From NCBI GenBank assembly GCA_963805975.1, contig CAWDVR010000003.1:96001-160000 (forward strand): a DNA stretch of 64,000 nucleotides, written 5' to 3'. Made by a program: the position numbers and the translations under genes. The DNA comes from an uncultured Acidobacteriota bacterium. GTDB lineage: Bacteria; Acidobacteriota; Thermoanaerobaculia; Multivoradales; SZUA-115. Below are positions 48,057 to 57,069 of this stretch, one piece after another. Numbering within the stretch: the first letter of the stretch is position 1; every line of letters starts with the position of its first letter. The notes under the pieces are model-generated. The model searched no databases and was not told the origin of the DNA. It saw only the letters and a list, made by a program, of their open reading frames with translations.

Positions 48057-49778
48057 ATGCGAGAGACGAAAAAGCGCCTACGCGCACCGCGCGCGGTCGT
48101 GCTCGGGCTGGTGCTCGTGGCCGGCGCGGGCCGGGAGGCGGCGGCGCAGCTCGTGACCTGGGAACTCTTCGATCGCGACAAGGAGCCGGCCGAGCAGAAC
48201 GACAAGCGGGTCACCTGCGGCCGCTACGGCGTGTTCCACCTGAAAGTGGAGAACCCGGTGCCGGGCGCCGGGTCGATCGAGCCGTACCCGCCGCGGAACA
48301 AGGGCATCGAGGTCCCGGCCCGCTTCCCGAGCTACGCCGATGCCGCCGCGCCCGTGCCGCCGGCCGGGAGCCTCTCGACTGCGGCCGATGCATGGTTTCC
48401 CTGCGACGAGGGCGGCTGCTTCGCGTCGCCCTTCTCTTTTTCTCCGGGCCAGCCGTGGGTGGCGGTCATCGATTGGGACAGTCCGCACGGCTGGAGCGTG
48501 GGCTGGACCATCCGCCAAGTCACGGGCCCCTCGGTGGGCCTCGCCCTCTTCCCGCTCGCGGACCCGGAGCTCGAGTCGGTCTATCGGCGGGGCGAGACGG
48601 ACGCGCACCTCCTCGCCCAGCTCTGCAGACTGACCGAGCTGGTCGAGCACCACGGCCTGACGCCGCCGGTGGCGGTCAACATGAGCTTCGGGCGGCTGGC
48701 GCGGTCGGAGGACAAGCTCCCGGCCGGGATCTGCAACCCCGATCGGCTCGCCTGCCAGGTCGCCTTCGTCGTCGAGCACCTGCGGCAGATCTCCCGGCCG
48801 GAGCTCCCGGCCCCCGGCACGGTTTTCGTGGCCGCCGCGGGTAACCACGGGCAGCTGCTCTACCCGGCCGCGGCTCCCGCCGTGGTCGCCGCCGGCGCCA
48901 TCGATCTCGCCGTCTTCTGGGCGAACCGCGGCGCGGTCCCCTCCTGGGAGACCCCCCATCTCACGGGCCAGGCCGCGGCGCTGATGCCCGGCTACGGGAT
49001 CTGTCTCTTTCCGGGGCCCGCGCCCCAGGATCAGCGCGGCCACCCCGTGCCGCCCGGCAGCTCCTACGCCGCCGCCACCTTCTCCGGCTTCCTGGTCGCG
49101 CCGCTTCTTGCCGGCGAGCTGGGCGATCCCCTGCTGCCCGTCCTGTGGCAACCGGTGGCGACCTGTACCAGCCAGGGGTGCAGTTACCAGGTCCTGCACG
49201 GCGAGCGGCCGATGCTCGGGGTCGGCCCCGGCCTCGATCTCCTCCTGGAGCAGACGCGCACCGGCAGGCCCAGGTGCCGCCCGCCCCACGAGGGCACCGT
49301 CCAGGCAAACGGCCTGCTCGGCGCGGGCCTCGCCGCCAGCCAGTCGATCCCGCGCCTGTCCTTCGACGACGTGGCGGCCGCGGACCGCAAGCAACCGGCC
49401 CCCGGCGCCGACCCCTGCGTACCCTGCCGGGGCCACAACCCGCCGCCGCCGCTCAACGTCTGGGCCGTCCGCGGGCTCGCCACCCACGCCACGTTGGCGA
49501 GCCTGGTGGGGCTCGAGCTGGATCTCTCGTTCGCCGGCGCCCTTCCCGGCGACTACACCCTTCTCGGACTCTTCCTGCGGGTGGGCGAGACGTTCTACCC
49601 GGTCTCCGTGAGCGGCGGGCTCGGCCGGCTCCAGAGCGGTGCCGTCGACCGTCTGGTGGTGCCCGACACCGGCAGCCTGGTCCTCAGGGGAGAGCAGCCG
49701 TCGCTGGTCTTCGTGCTGCGGGACGACCTCGAGAGCGGGGCCGAGTTCTGGACCTCGATCCCGATCCTGATGCAGTAG
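48057..49778 (+). CDS. Secreted divergent S8 (subtilisin-like) serine peptidase
   Basis: AAGGAGG RBS and signal peptide; VAVID (Asp), SPHG (His), VNMSFG, VFVAAAGNHG (oxyanion Asn), YPAAAPAVVAAGA, GSSYAAA (Ser). Confidence 0.75.
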   Translation: MRETKKRLRAPRAVVLGLVLVAGAGREAAAQLVTWELFDRDKEPAEQNDKRVTCGRYGVFHLKVENPVPGAGSIEPYPPRNKGIEVPARFPSYADAAAPVPPAGSLSTAADAWFPCDEGGCFASPFSFSPGQPWVAVIDWDSPHGWSVGWTIRQVTGPSVGLALFPLADPELESVYRRGETDAHLLAQLCRLTELVEHHGLTPPVAVNMSFGRLARSEDKLPAGICNPDRLACQVAFVVEHLRQISRPELPAPGTVFVAAAGNHGQLLYPAAAPAVVAAGAIDLAVFWANRGAVPSWETPHLTGQAAALMPGYGICLFPGPAPQDQRGHPVPPGSSYAAATFSGFLVAPLLAGELGDPLLPVLWQPVATCTSQGCSYQVLHGERPMLGVGPGLDLLLEQTRTGRPRCRPPHEGTVQANGLLGAGLAASQSIPRLSFDDVAAADRKQPAPGADPCVPCRGHNPPPPLNVWAVRGLATHATLASLVGLELDLSFAGALPGDYTLLGLFLRVGETFYPVSVSGGLGRLQSGAVDRLVVPDTGSLVLRGEQPSLVFVLRDDLESGAEFWTSIPILMQ

Positions 49779-49951
49779 CGGCGGCGGAACATTCAGCGCC
49801 GCCAGCCGTAAAGCTCTCCTGAACCAAGGCACGGACCCGTGCGCCCCCTGTCGAGCGTCGAGCGGCGGGCCGTGTTCTGTCGCCTCATTTCCGCCCCTGA
49901 GTGGTATCCTCCGGCCGCCCGCCCGAGAGTGGCCTCGAAGGATAGGAGAGC

Positions 49952-51178
49952 ATGGCCGAACGACCCGTTTCCCTGAGCGATCTCAAGATCGATTCGAGCG
50001 CCCGTGCCGAGCCCGGCGGCCACCGCGGGCGCAACCTCGTGCTCGCCGTCATCGCCCTGGCGGTGGCCGGCGGGCTGGGTTTCTTCCTGTGGCGCGGCGC
50101 CGCGGTCCACCAGGTGAGGGCCGCCGATGTCCAGGTCGTCACCAGCGGTGGCGCCAACGACTCGGTGCTCGATGGCTCGGGCTACGTCACCGCCCGGCGC
50201 CAGGCGACCGTGTCCTCGAAAGTGACCGGCAAGGTGATCGAGATCCTGGTGGAAGAAGGCATGCGGGTGACCGAGGGCCAGGTGCTCGCCCGCCTCGACG
50301 ACTCGCTGCTGCGCCGCCAGATCGATCTCGACAACGCCCGCCTGACCGCGGCGCGCAGCTCGCTCAACGAGCTCGAGGTGCGGCTGGCCGAGGCGGCGCT
50401 CAATCTGAAGCGCAGCGGCCAGTTGGCGGCGAGCGGAGTGGCGGCGCAGGCCCAGCTCGACGCCGACCAGGCCACGGTCGACTCGTTCAAGGCGCAGATC
50501 GCGCGCACGCGCGACGACGCCACGGTCGCCGACCGGACGCTCGCGATGTCGCGCGAGCTGCTGACCGACGCCACCATCCGCGCGCCGTTCTCCGGCGTCG
50601 CGATCTCGAAGGACGCCCAGCCCGGCGAGATGATCTCGCCGGTGTCGGCCGGCGGCGGCTTCACCCGCACCGGCATCTGCACCCTGGTCGACATGTCGTC
50701 GCTCGAGATCGAGGTGGACGTGCGGGAGGCCTACATCAACCGCGTCGCGAACGGCCAACGGGTGGAGGCGGTGCTCGACTCCTACCCGGACTGGCAGATC
50801 CCGGCGCACGTCATCACCATCATCCCCACCGCCTCGCGCGACAAGGCGACGGTGAAGGTACGCATCGCTTTCGACCAGCTCGATCCGCGCATCCTGCCGG
50901 ACATGGGCGTCAAGGTGAGGTTCTTCGCCGAGGAGCGCGCGGCCGCGGCCCAGCCGGCGCGGCGCGTGCGCGTGCCGCAGGCCGCGGTGCGCGAGGACGG
51001 TGGCTCCAAGGTGGTGTTCGTGATCGCCGGCGGGCGCGTCGAGCGGCGGGCCGTGACCGTGGGTGCCGCCGATGGCGATCAGATCGAAGTCACCGCCGGC
51101 CTCACGGGCGGCGAGCGAGTGGTAGTGCTGCCGCCCCCCGGCCTCGTGGACGGCGCGCGGGTCAAGACGATCGAGTGA
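49952..51178 (+). CDS. Efflux periplasmic adaptor (MacA-like membrane fusion protein)
   Basis: N-terminal TM, VSSKVTGKVIEILVEEG, IRAPFSG, ILPDMGVKV. Confidence 0.92.
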   Translation: MAERPVSLSDLKIDSSARAEPGGHRGRNLVLAVIALAVAGGLGFFLWRGAAVHQVRAADVQVVTSGGANDSVLDGSGYVTARRQATVSSKVTGKVIEILVEEGMRVTEGQVLARLDDSLLRRQIDLDNARLTAARSSLNELEVRLAEAALNLKRSGQLAASGVAAQAQLDADQATVDSFKAQIARTRDDATVADRTLAMSRELLTDATIRAPFSGVAISKDAQPGEMISPVSAGGGFTRTGICTLVDMSSLEIEVDVREAYINRVANGQRVEAVLDSYPDWQIPAHVITIIPTASRDKATVKVRIAFDQLDPRILPDMGVKVRFFAEERAAAAQPARRVRVPQAAVREDGGSKVVFVIAGGRVERRAVTVGAADGDQIEVTAGLTGGERVVVLPPPGLVDGARVKTIE

Positions 51179-51188
51179 GGAGGAGCTC

Positions 51189-51884
51189 ATGGCTGCAATG
51201 GAACCCCTGGTCCGCGTGCGCGACGGCTACAAGACCTATCGCCGCGGCAGCGAGACCATCAACGTCCTCCAGGGCATGAACCTGGACATCGCCCGCGGCG
51301 AGTTCCTCGCCCTGATGGGCCCCTCGGGCTCGGGCAAGACGACCCTGCTGAACCTGCTGGGCGGCCTCGACCGGCCGACCCGCGGCGCGGTCGAGGTCGA
51401 GGGCCAGCGCATCGACCAGCTCTCGGAGAACCAGCTCGCGGCCTGGCGCTCGCGGCACGTGGGCTTCGTCTTCCAGATGTACAACCTGCTGCCGGTCTTG
51501 ACCGCCGAGCGCAACGTGGAGCTGCCGCTGCTCCTGACCAAGCTGTCGCGCGACCAGCGCAAGCGCCAGGTGGAGACGGCCCTCACTCTGGTGGGCCTGG
51601 CCGACCGCATGCGCCACTATCCGCGCCAGCTCTCGGGCGGCCAGGAGCAGCGCGTGGGCATCGCGCGCGCCATCGTGACCGACCCGACGCTGTTGCTCTG
51701 CGACGAGCCGACCGGCGACCTCGACCGCAAGAGCGGCGACGAGGTGCTGGATCTCTTGACCGGCCTCAACCGCGAGCACGGCAAGACCATCGTCATGGTG
51801 ACGCACGACCCGCACGCCGCCGCCCGCGCCTCGCGCACCCTGCACTTCGACAAGGGCGTCCTCTCGCAGGAGGAGACGACATGA
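51189..51884 (+). CDS. ABC transporter ATP-binding protein (MacB/LolD-like)
   Basis: GPSGSGKT, GFVFQ, LSGGQEQR, CDEPTGDLD, VTHD. Confidence 0.95.
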   Translation: MAAMEPLVRVRDGYKTYRRGSETINVLQGMNLDIARGEFLALMGPSGSGKTTLLNLLGGLDRPTRGAVEVEGQRIDQLSENQLAAWRSRHVGFVFQMYNLLPVLTAERNVELPLLLTKLSRDQRKRQVETALTLVGLADRMRHYPRQLSGGQEQRVGIARAIVTDPTLLLCDEPTGDLDRKSGDEVLDLLTGLNREHGKTIVMVTHDPHAAARASRTLHFDKGVLSQEETT

Positions 51885-53044
51885 AGTTCCTCCACCTGAT
51901 CTGGAAGAACCTCGGCCGCAAGAAGGTGCGCACGCTCTTCACGCTGGCGGCGATCAGTGCCGCCTTCGTGCTCTACGGCGTGCTCGCCGCGGTGCGCTTC
52001 GCCTTCAGCATGGGGGTCGACCTGACCGGCGTCGACCGCCTGGTGACGATCAACAAGGTGACGCTGATCCAGCCCCTGCCCTTCGCCTACGACGCCAAGA
52101 TCCGCGCCGTGCCCGGGGTCACCGAGGTGGCCCACGCCACCTGGTTCGGCGCCTACTACCAGGACAAGCGCAACTTTTTCGGGCAGTTCCCGGTCGAGCC
52201 CGTGAGCTACCTGCGCATGTTCCCCGAGCTGCGGCTGCCGGAGGACCAGATGAAGGCCTGGCTCGCCGACCGGCAGGGCGCGGTGGTCGGGCGTTCGATC
52301 GCCAACCAGTACGGCTTCAAGATCGGTGACCGCGTACCGCTGATCTCCCCCTGGCCGCGGCAGGACGGCTCGCAGAGCTGGGAGTTCAACATCGTCGGCA
52401 TCTACGACGGCGCCGAGAAGGGCACCGACACCACCCAGTTCCTCTTCCACTACGACTACTTCAACGAGAACCGGCGCACCTTCGGCAACGCCAGGGACAC
52501 GGTGGGCTGGTACACGGTGCGGGTCGCCGACCCGGAGAAGGCGCCGCAGATCGCCAAGGCGATCGACGCGCAGTTCGCCAACTCGTCGTCCGAGACCGAG
52601 ACCACCACCGAGAAGGCCTTCGCCCAGGGCTTCGCCAACCAGGTCGGCAACGTCGGCGCCATCGTGCAGGCGATCGTGGCCGCGGTGCTCTCGATCCTGC
52701 TGCTGGTGGTGGGCAACACCATGGCGCAGGCCGTGCGAGAGCGCACCAACGAGCTCGCGGTGCTCAAGACGCTGGGCTTCACCAACCGCGGCGTGCTCGG
52801 GCTGGTGCTCGGCGAGTCGCTGGCCATCGCGGTGCTGGGCGGCGTCGTAGGCATGGTGCTCTCGTGGCTCTTCGTGCAGGTCTTCGCCAAGACCCTGACC
52901 GCCTACCTGCCCATCTTCTACCTGCCGAACAGCGCCTTCGTGTCGGGCACCGTGTTGATGCTCGTGCTGGGCCTGGCCGCCGGCCTGTTCCCGGCCTGGC
53001 AGGCGATGCGGCTGTCGATCGCCACCGCCTTGAGGAGGGCTTGA
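51881..53044 (+). CDS. ABC transporter permease (MacB/FtsX-like)
   Basis: KNLGRKKVRTLFT, a periplasmic domain, then VRERTNELAVLKTLGF. Confidence 0.92.
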   Translation: MKFLHLIWKNLGRKKVRTLFTLAAISAAFVLYGVLAAVRFAFSMGVDLTGVDRLVTINKVTLIQPLPFAYDAKIRAVPGVTEVAHATWFGAYYQDKRNFFGQFPVEPVSYLRMFPELRLPEDQMKAWLADRQGAVVGRSIANQYGFKIGDRVPLISPWPRQDGSQSWEFNIVGIYDGAEKGTDTTQFLFHYDYFNENRRTFGNARDTVGWYTVRVADPEKAPQIAKAIDAQFANSSSETETTTEKAFAQGFANQVGNVGAIVQAIVAAVLSILLLVVGNTMAQAVRERTNELAVLKTLGFTNRGVLGLVLGESLAIAVLGGVVGMVLSWLFVQVFAKTLTAYLPIFYLPNSAFVSGTVLMLVLGLAAGLFPAWQAMRLSIATALRRA

Positions 53045-53046
53045 GC

Positions 53047-54231
53047 ATGTGGCTGTCTCAGGTCGTAACCGTCACCTGGCTCAACCTGCGCAACCTGCCG
53101 CAGCGCATCGGCTCGTCGGTGGTGGCCATGGTGGGCATCGCCGGCGTGGTCGCCATCTTCCTCGCCGTGCTGTCGATCGGTGAGGGCTTCAAGCGCGCCA
53201 TGACCGGCGCCGGCTCGCCGGACACCGCGGTGGTGCTGCGCTCGGGCGCCACCTCGGAGATGACCAGCGGCTTCGGCGGCGAGCAGGCGCGGATCATCAC
53301 CGAGGCGCCGGGCATCCTGCGTGGCGACGGCGGCAACCTCGCCTCGCCGGAGCTCTACGTGGTCATCGGTCTGCCGAAACGCTCTACCGGCACCGCGGCC
53401 AACGTGCCGCTGCGTGGCGTGGGCCCGGAAGCCTTCGGCGTGCGCGAAGAGGTGAAGGTGGTCTCCGGCCGTCGTTTCGAGCCCGGCAAGTTCGAGGTCA
53501 TCGTCGGCCAGGCCGCGGCGACACAGTTCGAAGGTCTGGCCGTGGGCTCGATGCACCGCTGGGGCGAGAACGAGTGGAGAGTGACCGGCACCTTCACCGC
53601 CGACGGCGCGCTGTCGGAATCCGAGCTCTGGTGCGACGCCAAGGTGCTGCAGCCGGCCTACCGGCGGGGCAACAGCTACCAGTCGGTGTTCGCAAAGCTC
53701 GAGTCGCCCGCCGCCTTCGACCGCTTCAAGGACAGCCTCACCGCCGACCCGCGCCTCAGCGTCACCGTCGAGCGCGAGAACGACTTCTACGCCGAGCAGT
53801 CGCGGATGCTCACCAACCTGATCAAGCGCCTGGGCGGCGTGATCGCCTTCATCATGGGCATCGGCGCGGTGTTCGGCGCCGTGCTCACCATGTACACGGC
53901 CGTGGCCTCGCGCACGCGCGAGATCGCCACGCTGCGCGCGCTCGGCTTCTCGCGCGGCCCGGTGGTGATCTCGGTGCTGCTCGAGGCCCTGTTGCTCGGT
54001 CTCGTCGGCGGCTTGATCGGCGGCGGGCTCGCCTACCTGGCCTTCAACGGCTACCAGGCCTCGACCCTCAACTGGAACAGCTTCAGCCAGGTGGCGTTCG
54101 CCTTCGCGGTGACACCGGCGCTCCTCACCCAGGGGATCGTCTACGCGCTGCTGATCGGTCTGGTGGGAGGTCTCTTCCCGGCGATCCGGGCGGCCAACCT
54201 GCCGGTGGCGACGGCGCTCCGCGAGCTCTAG
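53047..54231 (+). CDS. ABC transporter permease (MacB/FtsX-like)
   Basis: ATG at 53047; VASRTREIATLRALGF, GGLFPAIRAA. Confidence 0.92.
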   Translation: MWLSQVVTVTWLNLRNLPQRIGSSVVAMVGIAGVVAIFLAVLSIGEGFKRAMTGAGSPDTAVVLRSGATSEMTSGFGGEQARIITEAPGILRGDGGNLASPELYVVIGLPKRSTGTAANVPLRGVGPEAFGVREEVKVVSGRRFEPGKFEVIVGQAAATQFEGLAVGSMHRWGENEWRVTGTFTADGALSESELWCDAKVLQPAYRRGNSYQSVFAKLESPAAFDRFKDSLTADPRLSVTVERENDFYAEQSRMLTNLIKRLGGVIAFIMGIGAVFGAVLTMYTAVASRTREIATLRALGFSRGPVVISVLLEALLLGLVGGLIGGGLAYLAFNGYQASTLNWNSFSQVAFAFAVTPALLTQGIVYALLIGLVGGLFPAIRAANLPVATALREL

Positions 54232-54234
54232 AGG

Positions 54235-55017
54235 TCAGCTCCCGACGATCAGCCCGCCGTCCACGTTGAGCACCGCGCCGCTGACGAAGCTCGCCGCGTC
54301 GGAGGCGAGCCAGAAGTAGGCCTCGGCGACCTCCTCCGGCCGGCCGAGGCGGGCGAGCGGCGTGTGCTCGACCACCCGCGAGACGATCGGCGGCGGCATG
54401 GAGCGCACCATCGCCGTCTCGATGAAGCCCGGCGCCACGGCGTTGACGCGGATCTTGTAGCGGCCCAGCTCGCGCGCCCAGGTGCGGGCCATGGCGATGA
54501 CGCCGGCCTTGGCCGCGGCATAGTTGGTCTGGCCGAAATTGCCCGAGTGCGCGACCACCGAGGAGGCGACGGCGATCGAGCCGCCGCCCGAGCTGATGAG
54601 CAGGGGCACCGCCGCGCGCACGGTCAGGAACACGCCCTTCAGGTTGACGCCGGCCACGGCGTCGAAGTCCTCCTCGGCCAGGCGGGCCACGGCCTCACCG
54701 CCCCGCCACTTGACGAGCTGGGCATCGCGCACGATGCCGGCGTTGGCCACCACCGCGTCGAGGCGGCCCCAGCCGGCCTGGATCTCGGCGACCGCGGCCT
54801 CGACCGCTCGAGCGTCGCGGACGTCGACCGTTTGCAGCCGGCTTTCGCCTCCGGCAGCGAGCAGCTCGGCTTCGAGGTCTGCCGGCCAGGCGGCCACGTC
54901 CCAGCAGGCGACCCGCCAGCCGCCCCGCGCGAAGCGGAGCGCGGTGGCGCGGCCGATGCCGGCGGCGGCGCCCGTCACCAGGGCGACGCGGTGGGCCTGC
55001 GGCTCGGCTTCGCTCAT
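54235..55017 (-). CDS. SDR oxidoreductase (FabG-like 3-oxoacyl-ACP reductase)
   Basis: TGAAAGIG, ANAGIVRD, GNFGQTNYAAAKAG, NAVAPGFIET, VDGG. Confidence 0.92.
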   Translation of the reverse strand: MSEAEPQAHRVALVTGAAAGIGRATALRFARGGWRVACWDVAAWPADLEAELLAAGGESRLQTVDVRDARAVEAAVAEIQAGWGRLDAVVANAGIVRDAQLVKWRGGEAVARLAEEDFDAVAGVNLKGVFLTVRAAVPLLISSGGGSIAVASSVVAHSGNFGQTNYAAAKAGVIAMARTWARELGRYKIRVNAVAPGFIETAMVRSMPPPIVSRVVEHTPLARLGRPEEVAEAYFWLASDAASFVSGAVLNVDGGLIVGS

Positions 55018-55029
55018 GGCGAGAGCATT

Positions 55030-55554
55030 CTATGGCTCTCGGTGCCGGCCCTCCTCGACCGCGGCGCTGAGGCGCCGGCCGGCGAGCTCGAGCGCCGTCG
55101 GCCCGGCCGCGGCCAGCAGCAGGGCCAGGGCGTCGGGCCGGGCGAGAAGCTCGTAGGCGACGTTCATCGCCGCCACGAAGGCGTCATCGAAGACCTCGAG
55201 CCGGCCGCAGACCTCGCTCCTCTCGAAGAGGGCGAAGCCGCCGTCGGCGCCCGGCTCGCTGGCGATGCGCCAGGGGCCGTCGCCCACCAGGGTGGGGAGC
55301 ACCGCGGCGGCGATCAGCGCCGGGGCGCGCTCGCTGAAGCGGGCGTGGGGGCGGTCGCCGGAACGGGGGCTCTCCCAGTAACGGAAGAGACCGTAGTCGC
55401 CGGCCGGCAGCCGGCGGACGACCCACGGACCGGTCAGCTCGGCGGCGAGAGCAGAGGACGGTTCGTCCTCGATCAGCAGGCGGGCAAGGAAGTCCGTCGC
55501 AAAGGCGTTGTCGGGACGGAGCTCGGACGGGTGGGGCGCAGCAGGGGTCGTCAT
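55030..55554 (-). CDS. Hypothetical protein
   Basis: ORF with a GGAGG RBS before ATG at 55554 (alternative ATG at 55569) and host-like codon usage; no family recognised. Confidence 0.7.
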   Translation of the reverse strand: MTTPAAPHPSELRPDNAFATDFLARLLIEDEPSSALAAELTGPWVVRRLPAGDYGLFRYWESPRSGDRPHARFSERAPALIAAAVLPTLVGDGPWRIASEPGADGGFALFERSEVCGRLEVFDDAFVAAMNVAYELLARPDALALLLAAAGPTALELAGRRLSAAVEEGRHREP

Positions 55555-55710
55555 GGCCTTGTCCTCCATAAGGTTTTACGCCTTGTTTGCGCCGACTCTA
55601 GTGGAACGGGATCGGGAGAGCAAGCCATCGGCCACGATGCCTCGGCATCGGCGGCAACCTCTATACTGCCCGGACACACAGGGCCGAGATCTCGGCCCGC
55701 AGGAGGTGCG

Positions 55711-56307
55711 TTGGACGTCCGTCCGCAGGAGAGTGAGCCCATCGCGCGGCTGCGCGCGCTCCTCGATCAGGCCCGCGCCGGCGGGATGCCGGACCCGAAC
55801 GCCATGGTGCTCTCGACCGTCGGCCCCGGCGGGCAGCCGAGCTCCCGCGTGGTGCTGCTCAAGGATCTCGACGAACGCGGCCTCGTCTTCTACACCAACC
55901 TGGGGAGCCGCAAGGCGGCGGAGATTCGCGTCAACCCGAAGGTCAGCCTCAGCTTCTTCTGGCGGCCGCTCGACCGCCAGGCCACGGTGCTCGGCACGGC
56001 CGAGCCGGTCACTTCCGCCGAGGCCGAGGAGTACTTCGCGAGCCGGCCGCGGGGAAGCCAGATCGGCGCCTGGGCCTCGCGGCAGAGCCAGCCGCTCGGG
56101 AGCCGCGAAGAGCTCCTGGCCGAGGCGGCGCGCATCCAGGCGCTCTACGCGGGCCAGCCCGTGCCCCGGCCCCCGCACTGGTCCGGCTTCCGCGTGGTGC
56201 CGTCGTCGATCGAGCTGTGGTCCGCCGGCAGCGACCGCCTGCACCACCGCGAGCGCTTCGAGCGCACGCCGGGCGAGGGGTGGAAGAAGAGGTTGCTCTT
56301 TCCCTAG
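55711..56307 (+). CDS. pdxH: Pyridoxamine 5'-phosphate oxidase
   Basis: AGGAGG RBS + TTG; DPNAMVLST, SRVVLLK, FYTNLGSRK, YFASRPRGSQIGAWASRQS, PRPPHWSGFRV, RLHHR. Confidence 0.95.
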   Translation: MDVRPQESEPIARLRALLDQARAGGMPDPNAMVLSTVGPGGQPSSRVVLLKDLDERGLVFYTNLGSRKAAEIRVNPKVSLSFFWRPLDRQATVLGTAEPVTSAEAEEYFASRPRGSQIGAWASRQSQPLGSREELLAEAARIQALYAGQPVPRPPHWSGFRVVPSSIELWSAGSDRLHHRERFERTPGEGWKKRLLFP

Positions 56308-56900
56308 GCCGTCAGGAGCGCTCCGACCTGGCGGTGGCGGAAGCAGCCCACCAAGTGGTCGTTCACCATCCCCACGGCCTGCATGTAGGCGTAGCAGATG
56401 GTGGGCCCCACGAAGCGGAAGCCACGCCGGGAGAGATCCTTCGACAGGGCTCGCGACTCGTCGGTCTGCGCCGGCACCTCGGACGGCAGGAGCCGGCGGT
56501 TGCGGATCGGACGGCCGCCCACGAAACGCCAGAGGTAGGCGTCGAACGAGCCGTGCTCCTCCTGCACGGCGAGAAAGGCGCGGGCGTTCCCCACGCTGGT
56601 CTCGAGCTTCGCGCGGTTGCGCACCAGGCCGGGGTCGGCGAGCATCGAAGCCACCTTCTCCGGCCCGAAGCCCGCCACCGTCTGCGGGTCGAAGCCGCCG
56701 TAGGCCTCGCGGTAGCGCTCGCGCCGGGTGAGGATCGTCCACCAGGAGAGGCCGGCCTGGGCCCCCTCGAGGATCAGCATCTCGAAGAGGTGGCGATCGT
56801 CGTGCACCGGCACCCCCCACTCCTCGTCGTGGTAGGCAAGGTAGAGCGGCTCGGCGCCGGACCAGGGGCAGCGGGTGAGGACCGAAGTGCGGGCGGTCAT
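56304..56900 (-). CDS. tag: DNA-3-methyladenine glycosylase I
   Basis: RCPW, YHDEEWG, LEGAQAGLSW, RNRAK, GFRFVGPTICYAYMQAVGMVNDH..C. Confidence 0.96.
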   Translation of the reverse strand: MTARTSVLTRCPWSGAEPLYLAYHDEEWGVPVHDDRHLFEMLILEGAQAGLSWWTILTRRERYREAYGGFDPQTVAGFGPEKVASMLADPGLVRNRAKLETSVGNARAFLAVQEEHGSFDAYLWRFVGGRPIRNRRLLPSEVPAQTDESRALSKDLSRRGFRFVGPTICYAYMQAVGMVNDHLVGCFRHRQVGALLTA

Positions 56901-57069
56901 CGCGTTTAGTTCCGGAAGCCCGCACGATATCCGAATCGAGATGCTTGCAGTGTCTATGTCGCGGGCCCTTGCGACTTGCCATAAAGAAACAGCGAATGCT
57001 ATGGTATTCGTGTCTTGAAAAAGTCAAACGTATTGCTTCCGCGCTCTTGCTAGGCGGCGCTGTCGGGAG

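Noticed and set aside
49952-54231. MacAB-like exporter as the dedicated exporter of a RiPP from the 42847 gene
   Set aside because: No RiPP maturases (YcaO, radical SAM, LanM) or C39 peptidase transporter are present. The four-gene exporter is a common standalone cassette with its own upstream spacer.
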